A stretch of 64,000 nt of DNA from a virus (Duplodnaviria > Caudoviricetes). The position numbers were made by a program, and so were the translations under genes. The DNA is taken from the IMG/VR virus record IMGVR_UViG_3300009037_000003, positions 75,975-139,974 of that record, one strand, 5' to 3'. The notes under the pieces were generated by a model that had not been told where the DNA came from, searched no databases, and saw nothing but the letters and a program-made list of their open reading frames with translations. Shown here in pieces: positions 19,301 through 29,682 of the stretch; the first letter of the stretch is position 1, and every line of letters begins with the position of its first letter.

Positions 19301-21714
19301 ACGTAGTCGCACGACAGAGCAAGGTTATCATAACCATGGGTGAATAGGTCCGCTGGTTGTGAGTGCGGAATAATGCCGCTTCCGGAGGTATAGCACGGTG
19401 CGTCTCCGATACATTCATCGATACCGTGGACGAAAAGATAAACTAAGTCATCGTGGTCGTTCGGGATACCGTCTATGAATAGCGAGCATACAGAATGCGG
19501 TGTTTGAGTCCCATCTATATACAAATTGCCACTTGCTTCGACAATCTGATAGCCTGCGATAAACAACCCAGCACTATTGGAAGCCGAAGCGACAAGTCTA
19601 TTGTAGTCGTCCCAATACCCTATCGCTGCAAAATATGTGCCAGTATTGGCTCTTGAATGATAGGTTTGGATACCTTCATTAATAACATTGACATGTGTTC
19701 GGAATCCGCACGTTCCGGCATATGTCCCACCACCTGGGTTTGTTTCTCCGCATCGTTGATATCTAGAGACCGCGCTGCCAGACGCACGAACACCTAACTG
19801 ATTATAATCGCTAGGGTATGTACTCGCAACAATCATTTCGGCTGTAGCATCCGATGCCGGAATACTCGTAGATGCTAAGCTCGTATCATTGAATGCGGAT
19901 GTCCCAGTAGGAGGCGTTATTACTTGATTGAGTTCTGTATAGTTGCCTGGTGGGCTATCCCAGTAACCAACGACAATAAAGTCCATCCAGTAGTCATCGC
20001 CGGTATAGACCTCGATGGCGGCGTCGTCGTTGCTAGTGCGAACCTGCATGGTGTTATAAGTAGCACCTTCAAAAGTCGCACCATAGTTATGTATTAAGGA
20101 TCCTATGTCGATTAATCGTGAGATCGACGACCCTTCGGCGCGTACTCCACCAGAGCACGGCAGAGATTGGCCAGAGTGTGCTATAACTATTTCCGCAATC
20201 TTGCCTGGCGGAACCCCATATGTATCCAGCGCCTTGCGAGTCCATCCGCTGCTTTCTCCAGCCTTAAAGGTATCCATCAGGCATGTGTACTTTGCACCAA
20301 CCCAGTACCCGAGAATGTTGAAACCCATCAGGGTGCTGTGATTACTGTATGTCCCCAACTTGCCTTCTGTGTCAAGCGGTACGTGCAAGGAAACAAATTC
20401 AAAATCGTTTGTAGTATTCGCACTCTCGTGTATTCGAAACGATCTTTCTAGCGACGATCCGTTTTCTCTTAAGCCGCCGACCAAAGATCCTGTTGCGTAT
20501 TGATTACGGATGAGAATGTCTAGAACGACGCCCTCGTTCAGTAGATATTGTTCAAAATACGAAGACCAATTCGTCGTATTCCATGAACCAGTCGGAACAG
20601 TCAATTCTGAAGCATATGAAGCGGGTACTATAGTTTCTTGATAAAAGACCTTTTCCGGCTTTCCGGTAACAATGCAGTCAAGAAAACCAACATGTATGCC
20701 ACTCGCGGATTGCAGGAAGTCATCCCAATAGTGTGTAGCTATAAAATATGGGACATCGCTTACATCGCCTGCGTATGCCTGATAGTAACCGTCGACCACC
20801 GGTACGTGCATACTAGCCCAGGTCGGACCATCACCTTTATTCGGTGCCCGTTCTAGATCAATAACTCGATTGTCTAGGGTACCAGTCTGTCTTACTCCTA
20901 TCGTTTGGTTATCGTCAGACGTTTGTGCTAGCAAGAATCCGGCGACGCAATCGGATGGAAGTCCAACAATAGTTTTCGATTGCCACTGCCCATCGGTGGA
21001 CGGAACGACTCCGGTTAAGTTACAATGTGTAAGTTGCCCAGGAGCGTCATCTTTCTCAAAATAACCAAGCAGGTATGCCGTACCGCTTACGCCAGTTTCA
21101 AAATATACTTTTCCAGAAGGAGCGGCTCCAGTAGTGCCTATCATGCGAGATAGACACATCCCGCCACCACCAACCGCTACGCCTATTCCCCTCGCTGTTC
21201 TTTCGCTTTCTGTAATCGCTAGAATATCTAGTTTATGGTATGTATCTATGTGCTCGGCGGTCATGGTGACGTCCGCAATCGCACTAGCCGGAACCGCCAC
21301 GGGCAATGCCGTATCGAACCATTTATCTTCGGAAGCGCCAGCACCAAATGTGGTCAAGGCTTCCTTATATTCGCAACCAACCCAATAGCCAAGTACTCTG
21401 TACTGAACATATCCATTTCTGTCTGCATAATACTCTATATCGCCATCACTGTCGACTTGGACATGCGTCGTATAACATGTTTCCCCGTCTGTAGCTTTGA
21501 CTATCGTAATGCGTCTATCTATCGTACTATCAACAGCTCTAACACCGCCAGATAGTTCGTGAAGGTTATCTGTATTTATAATTGCTATTTCTGCTACAGC
21601 GCATGGCGGAATATGATTGATAGCACAGATGTGATACTTAGCCCATGTCTGGTCTCCGTGCGAGGAGTTATATACGAACTGACTGTATGTCTGTACGTAA
21701 TATCTGGTAATCAT
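16375..21714 (-). CDS. Very large repeat-containing virion appendage/adhesin protein
   Basis: 1779 aa; about six N-terminal ~115-aa repeats (GVR..GS...R.I...H/M-V....GYW) and many short 'LF/LY..G' spacer repeats. Confidence 0.65.
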   Translation of the reverse strand: MITRYYVQTYSQFVYNSSHGDQTWAKYHICAINHIPPCAVAEIAIINTDNLHELSGGVRAVDSTIDRRITIVKATDGETCYTTHVQVDSDGDIEYYADRNGYVQYRVLGYWVGCEYKEALTTFGAGASEDKWFDTALPVAVPASAIADVTMTAEHIDTYHKLDILAITESERTARGIGVAVGGGGMCLSRMIGTTGAAPSGKVYFETGVSGTAYLLGYFEKDDAPGQLTHCNLTGVVPSTDGQWQSKTIVGLPSDCVAGFLLAQTSDDNQTIGVRQTGTLDNRVIDLERAPNKGDGPTWASMHVPVVDGYYQAYAGDVSDVPYFIATHYWDDFLQSASGIHVGFLDCIVTGKPEKVFYQETIVPASYASELTVPTGSWNTTNWSSYFEQYLLNEGVVLDILIRNQYATGSLVGGLRENGSSLERSFRIHESANTTNDFEFVSLHVPLDTEGKLGTYSNHSTLMGFNILGYWVGAKYTCLMDTFKAGESSGWTRKALDTYGVPPGKIAEIVIAHSGQSLPCSGGVRAEGSSISRLIDIGSLIHNYGATFEGATYNTMQVRTSNDDAAIEVYTGDDYWMDFIVVGYWDSPPGNYTELNQVITPPTGTSAFNDTSLASTSIPASDATAEMIVASTYPSDYNQLGVRASGSAVSRYQRCGETNPGGGTYAGTCGFRTHVNVINEGIQTYHSRANTGTYFAAIGYWDDYNRLVASASNSAGLFIAGYQIVEASGNLYIDGTQTPHSVCSLFIDGIPNDHDDLVYLFVHGIDECIGDAPCYTSGSGIIPHSQPADLFTHGYDNLALSCDYVTVGHQNVVGSGDLFLNAGGVFSNTLSLVLWSALDTGPNLIRESDAVFYLQDYDGSDATAEWVRGIGWYVSSYFTNTPLIGDCSATGTVGDGTLPAYNSLGKGYASNKYGSSLTGTQVYQQNILGLVVDDEYPYSELKDYSFAGSGSITAAFWMSGCNTPVQDGTGVKAEFGWFYRSQRFASGVGVNGYSSPIHTVGIEIGDGDDLSVITSVRDIPYDKIDSTGLWWGGTTHYGTPTSSSWTWNPDVDAEYHTWIQKWPTLSVNRDDVAFFVIRSEFVPSGNNIPDHMDVYLSVNGQPWTFVGSGITGPPASSVYSTSNPYNLYSERGVGVRLTANNADSGVNAVSVGFSEAALWTDTSKFTNDELQLLYDIVAVYNRPLEEYGPTVTPLPTYVNRTISPFVYPPVQFDSDATPCNITSGLLVTLEVGIGGYGEDASAYLLEEVPPSGFYICDISPAQITYPDQADRPPAAQQIFHDPQSGVIEPYGWANTYNSTIRWISHDNHPEKDQRRSASPTKTYTYKLFPIRYPNIDYTDDFVFSGSGLFFGGSTGSGIFSITTTGDESGTTAGIDGGTSCDEVSLFISGPTSSNNHADLYIRTSEIITTSYIGRSSRTPNIVDFIYKADGLAGLDTFAGIEYGPALYTMGPLPIEGSCPFVTCGPIAAYSILFVAGHDISSSGFPLYVGAHGLAEDSIALYTMAGVFEPPLDLTILGKDLATDAADLYTHGPEQCTDSAPLYCTGMDTCSSGIDLYINSIFYDNWILYLKTEDNLADVSCDLLINGFIGDPGISQNFSSIELYIDASAADYPYSAGGTKNWSLFLKSSDDTPELVGNWPVFLKADTTTGLECNLFVYGHGVGQNPHGRELYSDIDLVCSVNPDDPTRIGFTPYTTSWPCLLRVDQGIDNTISLVISGYAPIEASGASSFFIEGLFGQETCESSLFVCGITDMYGSGLNLYMDASTLTHSTYNNLYVHGY

Positions 21715-21722
21715 ACAATCAC

Positions 21723-24700
21723 CTATGACACAGTGCTTTCAAACGTATTGGCAAGCTCCGAATTACTAGATGCTCTTGCCAATTTCTGCAAAACTTCATT
21801 GATTTGCGCTTTGGCAATTCTTGTCGCTATGCTTTCGAACTCGGCAGTAAATTCTTTAGCTGCTGCCCCAACTCCTTGAACATCGACTTTGATCGTGCTA
21901 ATCGTTTCGAGATCTATTCCGAGACCTTCTTCAAGAGCTCCTGCTATCCGAGTCATCCCGTCGTTCAATCCAAGCATTGCAGTTTGTGATTGACTGGACA
22001 CAGTTGTATTTTCAGCGATAATGGCAGTATTTTCGGATAAGCCAGGAATTTCGGGAACTATTGGTGGTGCTTGAACTGCCAAAGTAGCCGTTTGGGTCTC
22101 GACAGCACGAGCAACGGCATCCATTCTGTCGCCAAGGCTATTTACCGCAATTGTTGTTTCGGTAACAGCTTCTCTAACGCCTTCACCTCCGGAAACTACA
22201 TTACTTGTTTCCTGCAATTCGGGCGCAACTTGTCTTTGTACGTCTATAACGGTTTGCATCTGGTATGCGGCTTCTGCTAATCTTTGACTGGCTGCTAAAA
22301 CATCAGAACCACCACTCTGAATGTCAGTTGATGCCGTTAATATTCTGTCAGCCGACGATGATGTTAGCGATGCTGCGGTTGCTGTTTCTATTGCAGCCTG
22401 CTGTATTTGAGATGCCGAAACCACTTCGTCATCCAACGGCTGATATACAGGAGTAGGAGATGGTAAAACTTGTTCGGTTGGAATCGATGACAGATTTTGT
22501 AAGTATTGTTTTAAAGCAGGCGATAACTGATCGGATATCAATTCTGGCTTATCCGCAACTTCTGGTCTTGCTATTAACGTTTCGAGACTTTCGCGGAGAT
22601 CTGTTACGGTCCGTTGTAGTATACCTATATTTTCTACTTCCTTCGCACCTAATTCAGTAGATTGTAGCTTCAACCGTTCCAACGCTTGATTAACAATCTC
22701 TGTGGAATCTAGACCGCTGTCCTGAATCTGTTTGGCTAGCTCTGACCCTGATCCATCAAAATTACGAAAACGATCAGCTATCGCCATAAGTGCGGCGCTA
22801 TCGCCGGTAAGCGACGCATCAGCCTGCCCCGCTTTCTCTATCGCAAGTTGATTAGCAGCAGACGATAAGGCCGCAATAACTTTGTCCATACTAGCCCCGA
22901 ATAGAGCCGATTGCAAGTGTTCAGTTTCGAGTTGTTGTGTCTGTGGCGATTTCTCGACTGGGAGTTGTGATTCGACCCTGGTCCCACTACCACTTAACAC
23001 CTTTGCGCCAGCTAACAGATGCTCGACAGTTAGAGCTTCGGTAAATATGTGTACAGCATCAGCACTTTTTCTTAGGGCTTCCGCAAAAATATCAGCCGGT
23101 TCCTTATATACCTGAGCAACCTCTATTGCTGCACCAGCTTCGATAAATTGTCTTTGCCGCTGGATGTATTCAGACATCTCCTTACTGCTCTGATCTAGGT
23201 TCGCAACAAATTTCTGAAGACCTACTGGTTCTGTTGGTATCTGCCATGGAGTAAAAAATGTCTCGCCAGTTTCTTGAGCCAACTTCCGTTTCTCTAATAA
23301 TTCAGTTAATGCTTGCGGAGCTTGCTGAGCGGCTTTTTCTAGTTGGGTTAGAGCTATTTGCAAATTTACCACCTCAACAGCTGCCCGCTTATATGCCTGG
23401 AATAGCTCTATCGTGACCCCTTCCCCGGTCTGCTGTGCTTCTGATACACTACGAACAAGCTCGGCATATCTTGCATAACTGTCTTTGTATTTATCCATCG
23501 TACGGCCAACCAGATCGCTGCCGTCGGCGATATTGATCAGGGCGCTGGTGACTTCTCCCGTACTGCTAGCGTAATCTACCGGCAATTGATGCTGGATGCC
23601 GGATAGATCCAATGCTTGTCCGAGACTATGAACAAGTGTGTCTTTTAATTGCGTAGTACCAACATCAACATTGCCAAGCAACTCTTCGCCAGACAGGGAA
23701 AGGTTAAGTTGCTGAACCTGTGCATCAAGCCACGTTTTAAAAACATTCACGGCGGCTTCGTAGAACGGTTGTTGTTTCCCCAATACGGATTCAAAGGCGT
23801 GCTGGACCTCTTCTGCTGTGGGTAAAACGCCAGCCTGTTCTGATAGCATCACATTCAGTTGTCCTCCAAGATTTTGTGCTGCCGTCCTGAATGCGTCCAC
23901 GGCGTCTGGAGGTAGTTGTTGTGGATATTCGCTGATAAACTGATCTATATACTCGTTAATGATATCGAATGGATCTACTTTCTGATCAACAATCCTAGAT
24001 CTGAGTGAATCAGCCTGCGCTTTGCTTGCGATAATCGATTGCATGAAAGTTTGTAGGGCTTTGCCAACACTGGCCATATCGGTCGTAAAACCTTCTAGCT
24101 CGCTGAATTGGCTCAAATCTATTAGATCACCAGTTTTCCCTTCTCTGAATATTTGCTCAACAGCTTTGGTAGTAAATTCTCCTTCTGGCTTAACAATTCC
24201 TACGCTCCTGCCAACATTTTGGCTCAATTGATCAAACAAGGTCACATTCATTTCTATCGATTTTGCTGCTCTACCAACTGCTTCGCTCAGTAAGCCAAGT
24301 TGACTGCTCAGCTCGGCTGGTGTATAGAATTCTTCAAAACTTTTTGCTACTTTTTCTATAGCTTTAGTTAATTGGAGCGACTGCTTATCTATTTTGATAT
24401 TAGCAAACGATTGCGACACCTTTTCCAGGCCGCCGAGTTGTTTAATCATAGCCTGTCTCAATGCCGCCGCAGCTTCGGCGCTAGCACCCGACTCTTTCAT
24501 GAAGACTTCGTCCAACGAGCTTTCGATGTTAGCGCTACCGAATTCTTCTATGGCTTTTCGAAGAATATTATTCAGCAATTGAGGATTAGCCCCAACTATA
24601 TCGTCGATGATCTGAGTCGCTTGCGTATCGCTTATTGTGACCAATCCTTCGCCTTTAAAAAGGTTTGCTACCCGTTCATAGCTAGAAGCGAAAAATCCAC

Positions 24701-26747
24701 TTAAGCCGTCTTCGTATCTTTTTGCCGTTTCTGTGATTCCAGACAAAGTATCGCGACCTAGCTGACCAGCCGTTTTCTCCAGATCACCCGTTGTCTCTAT
24801 CGGTTCAATTGATGCTTCGGATACTTTCTTGGTGACTGCCTTGATTATACCCTGGACATCTGAATCGACTGCCTGAACAGAGGCATATGTCAGCGCGCCG
24901 AGAGCCACTACGGCGGCTGTTGCCGCTGCGCCAACTGGACCTAGCGCCGCGACAAGCCCCCCTATCGCACCAGTAACACTTTGGCCTGTCAGCAAAGACG
25001 TGACAAGCAACATAGTTCCAACCGCTTTAACGAACTCGGAAGCTAGAAGACCCGACGATCTTCCTGTCTCGGCGAATGATTCGGATAAAGAAGATGCTGC
25101 CGTAATGATACCGGCAACAACAGCTAGTTGCCCCAATTGAGATGTTGCCAGTGTTTTAGCTCCTTGGGCGAGCTTAGCACCGGCTCCTGCAGCTACTGCT
25201 GTGGTTGCACCAGATGCGCCAGCGGCCTGGGTTAAACCAGTTTTTGCCGTAGCGCCTGCAACACCACCGCTACCTATAGCTGCCTGGAATGACGGGAGTA
25301 TACCAAAACTTACCTTCGATAATCCGCCAATTGCAGCACCAACCCCAGATATGCTCAATGCTAGAATCTTGAATAAACCAGCATAACCGACTAATGTAGC
25401 CATTACTGGAAGTACTGGCCTGATTGCGTCCAGTATCGTTACAAACGCATGACCAGCTTCTGTCGCATGTTTGATTAGTGGAATGAAAAATGGTTGCGCT
25501 AATTCTTGAACCAACCTGCCGAACTCTGCTCCTAGAATACTCAATTGAGCGTACAGACTCTTCAATCCCTCTTGAGCAACCTTATCGAACTCTCCGCTTG
25601 ACGAAGCGGCTGCCCGCAGTGTCTCATCCAGTAACTTGGTGTTGTTTACCAATGCAAGCAGACGGCTAACTTGTCGTTGCCCGCCAAGCTTGTTGGCTAT
25701 TTCCATCTTTTCTTGCACTCCGGTTATGTTTGCAAGCCCTGCGGCGATTTGTTTGAAAGCGGAAACCGGATCACCTGCCTGAATCGCTTCTCCTATCCTA
25801 ATCCCCTTCCCTGCCAAAAACTCTACTATCTTTGGGTCGGCCAATCTAGCAGAAATCGTCTTCAGGAACGTACCAATTGATTCCGCTCCTTCTCTGGTAA
25901 CGTGTCTAATTGTCGTAAATATAGCGGCAAATTCTTCGTAAGAACCGCCAATGGCCGCAAAAGCAGCACCGCCACGAGCAACACCCTGGGCAATATCTTG
26001 TGATTCAACAGCAAACTTATTCGACAATACTGTCATTACATCTAGAACTTTAGTAGCAGTAAGTCCTTCGCTGCTAAACTGGTTGAGCGCCGCGATCGTC
26101 CCCTCTATAGCGACATCCATCGACTCGAATGTCGGAGCTAGAGGAATTTTCGAAAGAATAGAAACAGTCTCGTCCAATTGTTTGCCAGTATAACCGGCCT
26201 GAGCCATTACCTTAGCGACTCTTGATATCTCAGATGTTGCCGTTCCTGTCGCAACAGAGAGGTCGAGAATATTTGTGCGGATTTCATTAATCCGTTGATC
26301 CGTTTCTCCTGTAATCTGTTTTAACTGAACCATCGAATGGTCCAACTCGATAACAGAGTTGGTCGCTTGAGATAACCCCTTCAGAGCTAGTAGTGGACCT
26401 ATCGTGGCAGAAGTATATGCAGCGTACCTTTTGAACGCCAACTGCATGGAATCTCCGAAGTCTTTAGCCCGAACAGTAGCCCTACCCATCGTTTGCGAAG
26501 TATTCTGAACCGTAGATGCTGTAATTTTTTGAGCAGCATTAAGCTGGTTTGTAGCAGCCATCAAGCTCTGTACAGCAGCAGCAGCACCTGTCGCCGCCGT
26601 CGCCTGAGCTTTTATTGCGCCAGCGGCACTTCCGCCTCCAGTTTGAGCCGGTTGTAATGTATTTTGCACCTGAGAAAGAGCGGCACCAACTTTCTGTAAG
26701 CCGAGGATATCTTGTATTCTCAGGTTGACATCTAATACAAACGCCAT
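21723..26747 (-). CDS. Tail tape measure protein (TP901-like core)
   Basis: 1674 aa Ala/Gln-rich helical; 'LSNKFAVESQDIAQG...R.GAESIGTFLKTISARL...GGQRQ' TP901 motifs; central hydrophobic segments. Confidence 0.9.
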   Translation of the reverse strand: MAFVLDVNLRIQDILGLQKVGAALSQVQNTLQPAQTGGGSAAGAIKAQATAATGAAAAVQSLMAATNQLNAAQKITASTVQNTSQTMGRATVRAKDFGDSMQLAFKRYAAYTSATIGPLLALKGLSQATNSVIELDHSMVQLKQITGETDQRINEIRTNILDLSVATGTATSEISRVAKVMAQAGYTGKQLDETVSILSKIPLAPTFESMDVAIEGTIAALNQFSSEGLTATKVLDVMTVLSNKFAVESQDIAQGVARGGAAFAAIGGSYEEFAAIFTTIRHVTREGAESIGTFLKTISARLADPKIVEFLAGKGIRIGEAIQAGDPVSAFKQIAAGLANITGVQEKMEIANKLGGQRQVSRLLALVNNTKLLDETLRAAASSSGEFDKVAQEGLKSLYAQLSILGAEFGRLVQELAQPFFIPLIKHATEAGHAFVTILDAIRPVLPVMATLVGYAGLFKILALSISGVGAAIGGLSKVSFGILPSFQAAIGSGGVAGATAKTGLTQAAGASGATTAVAAGAGAKLAQGAKTLATSQLGQLAVVAGIITAASSLSESFAETGRSSGLLASEFVKAVGTMLLVTSLLTGQSVTGAIGGLVAALGPVGAAATAAVVALGALTYASVQAVDSDVQGIIKAVTKKVSEASIEPIETTGDLEKTAGQLGRDTLSGITETAKRYEDGLSGFFASSYERVANLFKGEGLVTISDTQATQIIDDIVGANPQLLNNILRKAIEEFGSANIESSLDEVFMKESGASAEAAAALRQAMIKQLGGLEKVSQSFANIKIDKQSLQLTKAIEKVAKSFEEFYTPAELSSQLGLLSEAVGRAAKSIEMNVTLFDQLSQNVGRSVGIVKPEGEFTTKAVEQIFREGKTGDLIDLSQFSELEGFTTDMASVGKALQTFMQSIIASKAQADSLRSRIVDQKVDPFDIINEYIDQFISEYPQQLPPDAVDAFRTAAQNLGGQLNVMLSEQAGVLPTAEEVQHAFESVLGKQQPFYEAAVNVFKTWLDAQVQQLNLSLSGEELLGNVDVGTTQLKDTLVHSLGQALDLSGIQHQLPVDYASSTGEVTSALINIADGSDLVGRTMDKYKDSYARYAELVRSVSEAQQTGEGVTIELFQAYKRAAVEVVNLQIALTQLEKAAQQAPQALTELLEKRKLAQETGETFFTPWQIPTEPVGLQKFVANLDQSSKEMSEYIQRQRQFIEAGAAIEVAQVYKEPADIFAEALRKSADAVHIFTEALTVEHLLAGAKVLSGSGTRVESQLPVEKSPQTQQLETEHLQSALFGASMDKVIAALSSAANQLAIEKAGQADASLTGDSAALMAIADRFRNFDGSGSELAKQIQDSGLDSTEIVNQALERLKLQSTELGAKEVENIGILQRTVTDLRESLETLIARPEVADKPELISDQLSPALKQYLQNLSSIPTEQVLPSPTPVYQPLDDEVVSASQIQQAAIETATAASLTSSSADRILTASTDIQSGGSDVLAASQRLAEAAYQMQTVIDVQRQVAPELQETSNVVSGGEGVREAVTETTIAVNSLGDRMDAVARAVETQTATLAVQAPPIVPEIPGLSENTAIIAENTTVSSQSQTAMLGLNDGMTRIAGALEEGLGIDLETISTIKVDVQGVGAAAKEFTAEFESIATRIAKAQINEVLQKLARASSNSELANTFESTVS

Positions 26748-26750
26748 AGT

Positions 26751-27626
26751 TTAACCCTTCATCTTTTTCTTCGGTTTCTTATGGGTTAAGCCAATTGATC
26801 CCACCACAACTTCACGACCGGTCTCATCATCAATAAAAGGTTTTGATTCGTTGACGATAAGATTGCCGGACTCATCTATCTTTCGTCCGAAAATATCAAC
26901 TTTATTACCGTCCTTGTCAATATAATTACCATCCTTATCCATAAGTCTACCACTCAGGTCTGTGTATTCGTTATCCTTGTTGACATATCTTCCTTCGTCA
27001 TTTATTACCCCGGCATCCTTCATCCATTGCAGTTCGAACATTTTTGCGTGTAAATCAGACTCTAATCCATATACTAAACCAGCCAGCGCCTTTGCCCCGT
27101 CAACAACAGCTACTTCGTCTTGACGGTCGACGTAATCTGCATGACTTTTAAGGAACTGATGATTGTTTTCCGTAACAAGACACTTGATTAGCAAAGATTC
27201 GAACCTCGCATTCTCTGCCTGTGATTCTATCGTAGCGGAATCAAATTGTTGCCGTTTAGCATACTTTTGCATTATCTCTCGTCGACATGCAGCCATCTGG
27301 AGGGCAAGGGCTTTGCCCTCAGATAATTTTATGCCACCACGCTTGAGCGTTAGTTCGCTCGCTTTTAACTTTACGGACAGTTGCTCGATCTCCATCTGGT
27401 CATTCAGTGTCCATATGCCCATACGTGTAAGATAGTCTTCTAGCTCGGCTCGCATTAATAGTCTGTGCTGACCATTTTGCGCTCCCATGCGGACTAGTTC
27501 TGATACCTTCAGGTTATAAACCATGTTGGCATCTTGCATCATCTTGTTCGTAGGACGTAATACGATTAAGGTGATAGGTTTCCCATCCTTATCCAGAGTT
27601 GACACAAGTACCTTATTGTCGGCCAT
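26751..27626 (-). CDS. Putative tail assembly chaperone / hypothetical protein
   Basis: Directly upstream of TMP; AGGAG SD before ATG 27626; C-terminal DxxG beta-repeats. Confidence 0.45.
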   Translation of the reverse strand: MADNKVLVSTLDKDGKPITLIVLRPTNKMMQDANMVYNLKVSELVRMGAQNGQHRLLMRAELEDYLTRMGIWTLNDQMEIEQLSVKLKASELTLKRGGIKLSEGKALALQMAACRREIMQKYAKRQQFDSATIESQAENARFESLLIKCLVTENNHQFLKSHADYVDRQDEVAVVDGAKALAGLVYGLESDLHAKMFELQWMKDAGVINDEGRYVNKDNEYTDLSGRLMDKDGNYIDKDGNKVDIFGRKIDESGNLIVNESKPFIDDETGREVVVGSIGLTHKKPKKKMKG

Positions 27627-27939
27627 TAGGAACTCTCCTGCAAGACATATGATATCCAAGAAACTTAAGTTCGTGCAAATCTAGCTCAGAAAATACACTT
27701 CTGATTTGTGCATTCCCCTTGTCCAAGATGCTTTTTCTGACACGATCCCAAATAATCCTATTATTTCGCTGAGTCTCTGTCAGCGAATCCTCCGAAAGCC
27801 CGAATCCCCAAAGAGACGGACCGAAAACACTCTCTATCTCGGCAATTGAGAAAATAAAGCATGTTTGCATTTTCTTTTCGACGATACTCTTAAGTCGACA
27901 CCTTGTACTGTTAGCAACTATTTCATTACGTTCTGACAT
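27613..27939 (-). CDS. Hypothetical protein
   Basis: 108 aa, coupled to both neighbours. Confidence 0.6.
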   Translation of the reverse strand: MSERNEIVANSTRCRLKSIVEKKMQTCFIFSIAEIESVFGPSLWGFGLSEDSLTETQRNNRIIWDRVRKSILDKGNAQIRSVFSELDLHELKFLGYHMSCRRVPNGRQ

Positions 27940-27940
27940 T

Positions 27941-29029
27941 TTAAGACCTCTTTAGTCTATTACGTTGCATTTCAGCCAATTGTTGTTTCATGCCGAGCTG
28001 ACTATCCGGCATATGCTGCTCTAGCACAGTACCATCTGAATTAACCTTTTTTTGCCGAGCTTGTACTGTAATTCTATCCGGACGCTTATTCATTTCGTAG
28101 ACTATTTTAGCTCCAGCTTTATCCGTAGGAATGAACTGTTCGCCGATACCATTTTTCACATGCTGATTGGACGATGGCACGGCATGTTGTTTCGACCTAT
28201 TCTCTATTGCCTCTCCTTGTCTAATGAACCATGAATCTAGCAAATCGTCATCGTCTATGATTTCCTGACACGGCCTTTCGTATGCCCCGTACACTGAATC
28301 GTATATAGTCGACCAATACACTAGTTCTCGCTGATTAGAAGACCAATTAGCAATAGATGAGTCAAACAGGTGCCCCGCTTGTTGTCTGGCTATCTCCCAA
28401 TATGATCGCCAGTGTTGAGACCTAGCGAGCTCTCTAATTGCCTTAGACGGAATCTTTGTCTTATGGAAAAAGAGTTCGCATAATTGATTGATCAGGGAAT
28501 TGTCTGTATAATTATCAAAATCTTCTGCGGTTGACCAAAATCTACTATGATCTATAGTTTCCGTAGCGTGGTAGATCAAACTTCTCTGTTTCATTAATTC
28601 GGCATGAGCTTCTGCGCTATTCTGAAGAAGTATATACTTCGCATAAAGATGCCTAGTGAGTATTTCTTCCGCATTTCTCAATACCGATTTCGCCTTTGCC
28701 AGTTGGGTCTTATTCAAGAATAAATCCAAAAGCCCACGACGAATAGTCTTTATGTCATTCTGCAAACCGACAATGGTGGCTTCTTTATCGTTGCTCCATC
28801 TGCCAATTTTTATTAGTTCATCTAGAACAACATCCTCAGAAGACAAGCCGACCATGAGAGCTTTTTGAAACTCTGTGTCATAAACGACCGCTGCCTTCGC
28901 TTGTGCCTCAGCCGTAGGAGTTTTTAACAAAAGTGACAATAATTGTTTGTCGACAGTTTGCACAACAACAGGAACGCAGTTCCAGGCAATTCTGGCAATC
29001 AATCTTTCTTGTGCGGATGAACTAAGCAT
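27941..29029 (-). CDS. Putative tail assembly chaperone / hypothetical protein
   Basis: 'WS.IYDSVY...ERP...IIDDDDLLDSW' resembles chaperone-like motif; ATG 29029 follows the promoter at 29072. Confidence 0.45.
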   Translation of the reverse strand: MLSSSAQERLIARIAWNCVPVVVQTVDKQLLSLLLKTPTAEAQAKAAVVYDTEFQKALMVGLSSEDVVLDELIKIGRWSNDKEATIVGLQNDIKTIRRGLLDLFLNKTQLAKAKSVLRNAEEILTRHLYAKYILLQNSAEAHAELMKQRSLIYHATETIDHSRFWSTAEDFDNYTDNSLINQLCELFFHKTKIPSKAIRELARSQHWRSYWEIARQQAGHLFDSSIANWSSNQRELVYWSTIYDSVYGAYERPCQEIIDDDDLLDSWFIRQGEAIENRSKQHAVPSSNQHVKNGIGEQFIPTDKAGAKIVYEMNKRPDRITVQARQKKVNSDGTVLEQHMPDSQLGMKQQLAEMQRNRLKRS

Positions 29030-29071
29030 TGTGCAATCCCAGTACAAAAACTGTCCTGCTGTCCTATCGTA

Positions 29072-29080
29072 ATTATACAC
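29072..29080 (-). promoter_or_regulatory. Putative phage late promoter GTGTATAAT
   Basis: Located right after a terminator, upstream of chaperone-TMP genes. Confidence 0.6.
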
Positions 29081-29086
29081 CCCAAT

Positions 29087-29117
29087 AAAAAAAGCCGCAA
29101 ACAATCGTCTGCGGCTT
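29087..29117 (-). terminator. Rho-independent terminator
   Basis: AAGCCGCAGAC-gatt-GTTTGCGGCTT + T-tract. Confidence 0.75.
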
Positions 29118-29142
29118 AGTTATGATTTACTGACCAGTACTA

Positions 29143-29682
29143 TTAGAAGTACAATTTCTCTTTCAAACCAGTCGGTCTACATTCTACGATTACCAGAACT
29201 GTCACTAGAGAGCCGGTACTAACATAGGCATCCTCTACTTGCGCGCTCAAAGTAGCTCTTAGCGAACCACCCTTAGGTATCGCTACGTATGTCTGATCTA
29301 GCACATGCGTACCGTCACCTGGAGCAGCGACAGCCAAAGCGTCTGTAGCCTTATCTTTGATCGAAGCACTTGCCAATAATGTGTCCCAACCAGGTGTCGT
29401 AGGAGCAGCTGGCGATGCGTCCACTTCGTCTGATCTCTGAACGATGATTGACACAGCACCACCGGTTCCGTTAAAATCTGCTGTAGTTAGTGACTGAACG
29501 ACGGCTACTACGCTGATAACTTCGATCGGAAATGGGCAATCTTTGTTGAAGAAGTTTTCCGTATCGGTTACTGCAGTGCCCGATTCTGTAGGAGTGGCAG
29601 AAAGCGTTTTTACCATCTTAAATGTTTTGGAGGGAGGATTGCTGTTTGTTCCGAATGTGTCTGTTATTAGATTTACTGCCAT
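29143..29682 (-). CDS. Hypothetical, probably a virion (decoration-like) beta-sandwich protein
   Basis: 179 aa Thr/Ala/Ser-rich; own promoter and terminator. Confidence 0.55.
   Translation of the reverse strand: MAVNLITDTFGTNSNPPSKTFKMVKTLSATPTESGTAVTDTENFFNKDCPFPIEVISVVAVVQSLTTADFNGTGGAVSIIVQRSDEVDASPAAPTTPGWDTLLASASIKDKATDALAVAAPGDGTHVLDQTYVAIPKGGSLRATLSAQVEDAYVSTGSLVTVLVIVECRPTGLKEKLYF

Noticed and set aside
28046-28052. A-AAA-AAG slippery site as the tail-chaperone frameshift
   Set aside because: A -1 shift meets TAA after one further codon, so it would truncate rather than make a G-GT-type fusion.
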